DNA of 64,000 nucleotides from Limisphaerales bacterium (GTDB lineage Bacteria; Verrucomicrobiota; Verrucomicrobiia; Limisphaerales; JAYPXF01): NCBI GenBank assembly GCA_047608975.1, contig JBLFYM010000010.1, positions 12,745 to 76,744 of the forward strand, read 5' to 3'. Shown piece by piece: positions 63,055 to 64,000 of this stretch (position 1 is its first letter; each line of letters starts with the position of its first letter). The notes under the pieces were generated by a model. It saw only the letters and a program-made list of their open reading frames with translations, ran no database searches and was not told where the DNA came from. The position numbers and the translations under genes were made by a program.

Positions 63055-64000
63055 ATGTACGGAAAACTCAAGCAACACCTCAGCACGCAGCTCGACGAAA
63101 TCCGGGAGGCCGGTCTGTTCAAGGGGGAACGCGTCATCTCGACGGCACAGGGAGCGCACATTTCAGTGGCTGAAGGCGCACCGGTATTGAACATGTGTGC
63201 CAACAACTATCTCGGGTTGGCCCAACACCCGGACATCATTCGGGCCGCTCATGAGGGACTTGATGCGTGGGGCTATGGACTGGCTTCTGTGCGGTTCATC
63301 TGTGGCACCCAGAAGCCGCACAAACAGCTTGAAGACAAGCTCAGCAAATTCCTGGGGATGGAAGACACGATTCTCTATTCGTCCTGTTTCGACGCCAACG
63401 GCGGTCTGTTCGAAACCCTGCTATCAAAGGATGACGCGGTCATTTCCGATGAACTGAATCACGCGAGCATCATTGATGGCGTTCGGCTCTGCAAAGCGCA
63501 GCGTTTTCGCTACCGCAACAACGACATGGCTGATCTGGAGGCAAAACTGCAGGAAGCTCAGAACGCCAATATCCGCCTGATCGCCACCGACGGAGTTTTC
63601 TCAATGGACGGCCACATCGCCGAGCTCGGCGCGATCTGCGACCTCGCGGACAAATACGACGCGCTGGTCATGGTCGATGATTCCCACTCAGTGGGATTCA
63701 TGGGCAAGACGGGAAGAGGGACGCACGAGCACCATGACGTGATCGAGCGCGTGGACATCCTGACCGGAACTCTGGGCAAGGCATTGGGCGGTGCCAGCGG
63801 AGGCTACACGAGCGGACGAAAGGAGATCATCGATTTTCTTCGTCAGCGATCCCGCCCCTATCTGTTTTCCAATACTCTGGCTCCGACAATTGTCGCGGGC
63901 TCCATCAAGGCGATCGAACTCCTCACCGGTTCGACTGAGCTACGTGATCGGCTCGAAGCCAACACGCGCTCTTTCCGCGAAGGCATGGAGCGGCTTGGTT
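63055..64000 (+). CDS. kbl: 2-amino-3-ketobutyrate CoA ligase (glycine C-acetyltransferase), N-terminal ~315 aa; 3' end outside window
   Basis: My translation from ATG 63055: [23 protein letters not shown]...[10 protein letters not shown]...[12 protein letters not shown]...[11 protein letters not shown]...[10 protein letters not shown] (PLP lysine). The frame is open to the window end, so it is absent from the ORF track. Confidence 0.9.
   Translation, partial: MYGKLKQHLSTQLDEIREAGLFKGERVISTAQGAHISVAEGAPVLNMCANNYLGLAQHPDIIRAAHEGLDAWGYGLASVRFICGTQKPHKQLEDKLSKFLGMEDTILYSSCFDANGGLFETLLSKDDAVISDELNHASIIDGVRLCKAQRFRYRNNDMADLEAKLQEAQNANIRLIATDGVFSMDGHIAELGAICDLADKYDALVMVDDSHSVGFMGKTGRGTHEHHDVIERVDILTGTLGKALGGASGGYTSGRKEIIDFLRQRSRPYLFSNTLAPTIVAGSIKAIELLTGSTELRDRLEANTRSFREGMERLG

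Noticed and set aside
1-64000. CRISPR arrays, rRNA and tRNA genes.
   Set aside because: I noticed no regularly spaced direct repeats of 25-40 nt, no tRNA-like cloverleaf ends (GGTTCGAATCC-type T-arms with a CCA context) and no rRNA-like stretches in any intergenic region. tRNAscan/Infernal would confirm.

Overview
This 64-kb window is a high-GC chromosomal segment (GC judged by eye, not computed) with about 50 protein-coding genes on both strands. I found no rRNA, tRNA, CRISPR array, integrase or transposase. The gene content points to the PVC superphylum, most likely Verrucomicrobiota, though Planctomycetota is not excluded. Supporting genes are a giant DUF1080/discoidin/dehydrogenase/HEAT/cytochrome-c fusion protein, a second stand-alone HEAT + CxxCH protein, an FG-GAP protein, a PA14 protein, a prenyltransferase-like toroid protein and a lipoprotein alpha-2-macroglobulin. 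Recognisable housekeeping genes are recR (partial), ppnP, trpS, mgtE, ribBA-ribH, pxpBCA, tdh-kbl (kbl partial), a UxaA/GarD-type dehydratase, a GH57 branching enzyme and a 1.4-kaa GH13 + amylo-1,6-glucosidase fusion. Accessory content includes a lower-GC islet at about 8.8-11.6 kb (VapBC, an HNH nuclease, two orphan ORFs, a Vsr remnant), a ParD-like/zeta-toxin pair, and a four-gene His-kinase / HD-GYP / hybrid-kinase / STAS operon. The three best candidates for undescribed biology are: (i) a four-gene minus-strand operon at 50.1-57.5 kb encoding only exported proteins of unknown role (a giant coiled coil, an alpha/alpha toroid, PA14 + coiled coil, HEAT + heme), lying tail-to-tail with the alpha-2-macroglobulin/M28 pair; (ii) a translationally coupled YaeQ-like nuclease-fold protein and ModF-type twin-NBD ATPase; (iii) a GNAT / atypical enolase-superfamily / GNAT cluster. 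Two families of short low-complexity intergenic repeats recur, and one forms a long inverted pair inside the pxp operon. All calls come from reading the translations and sequence by eye. No database search was run, and start codons are often uncertain because many are TTG/GTG or have alternative ATGs.
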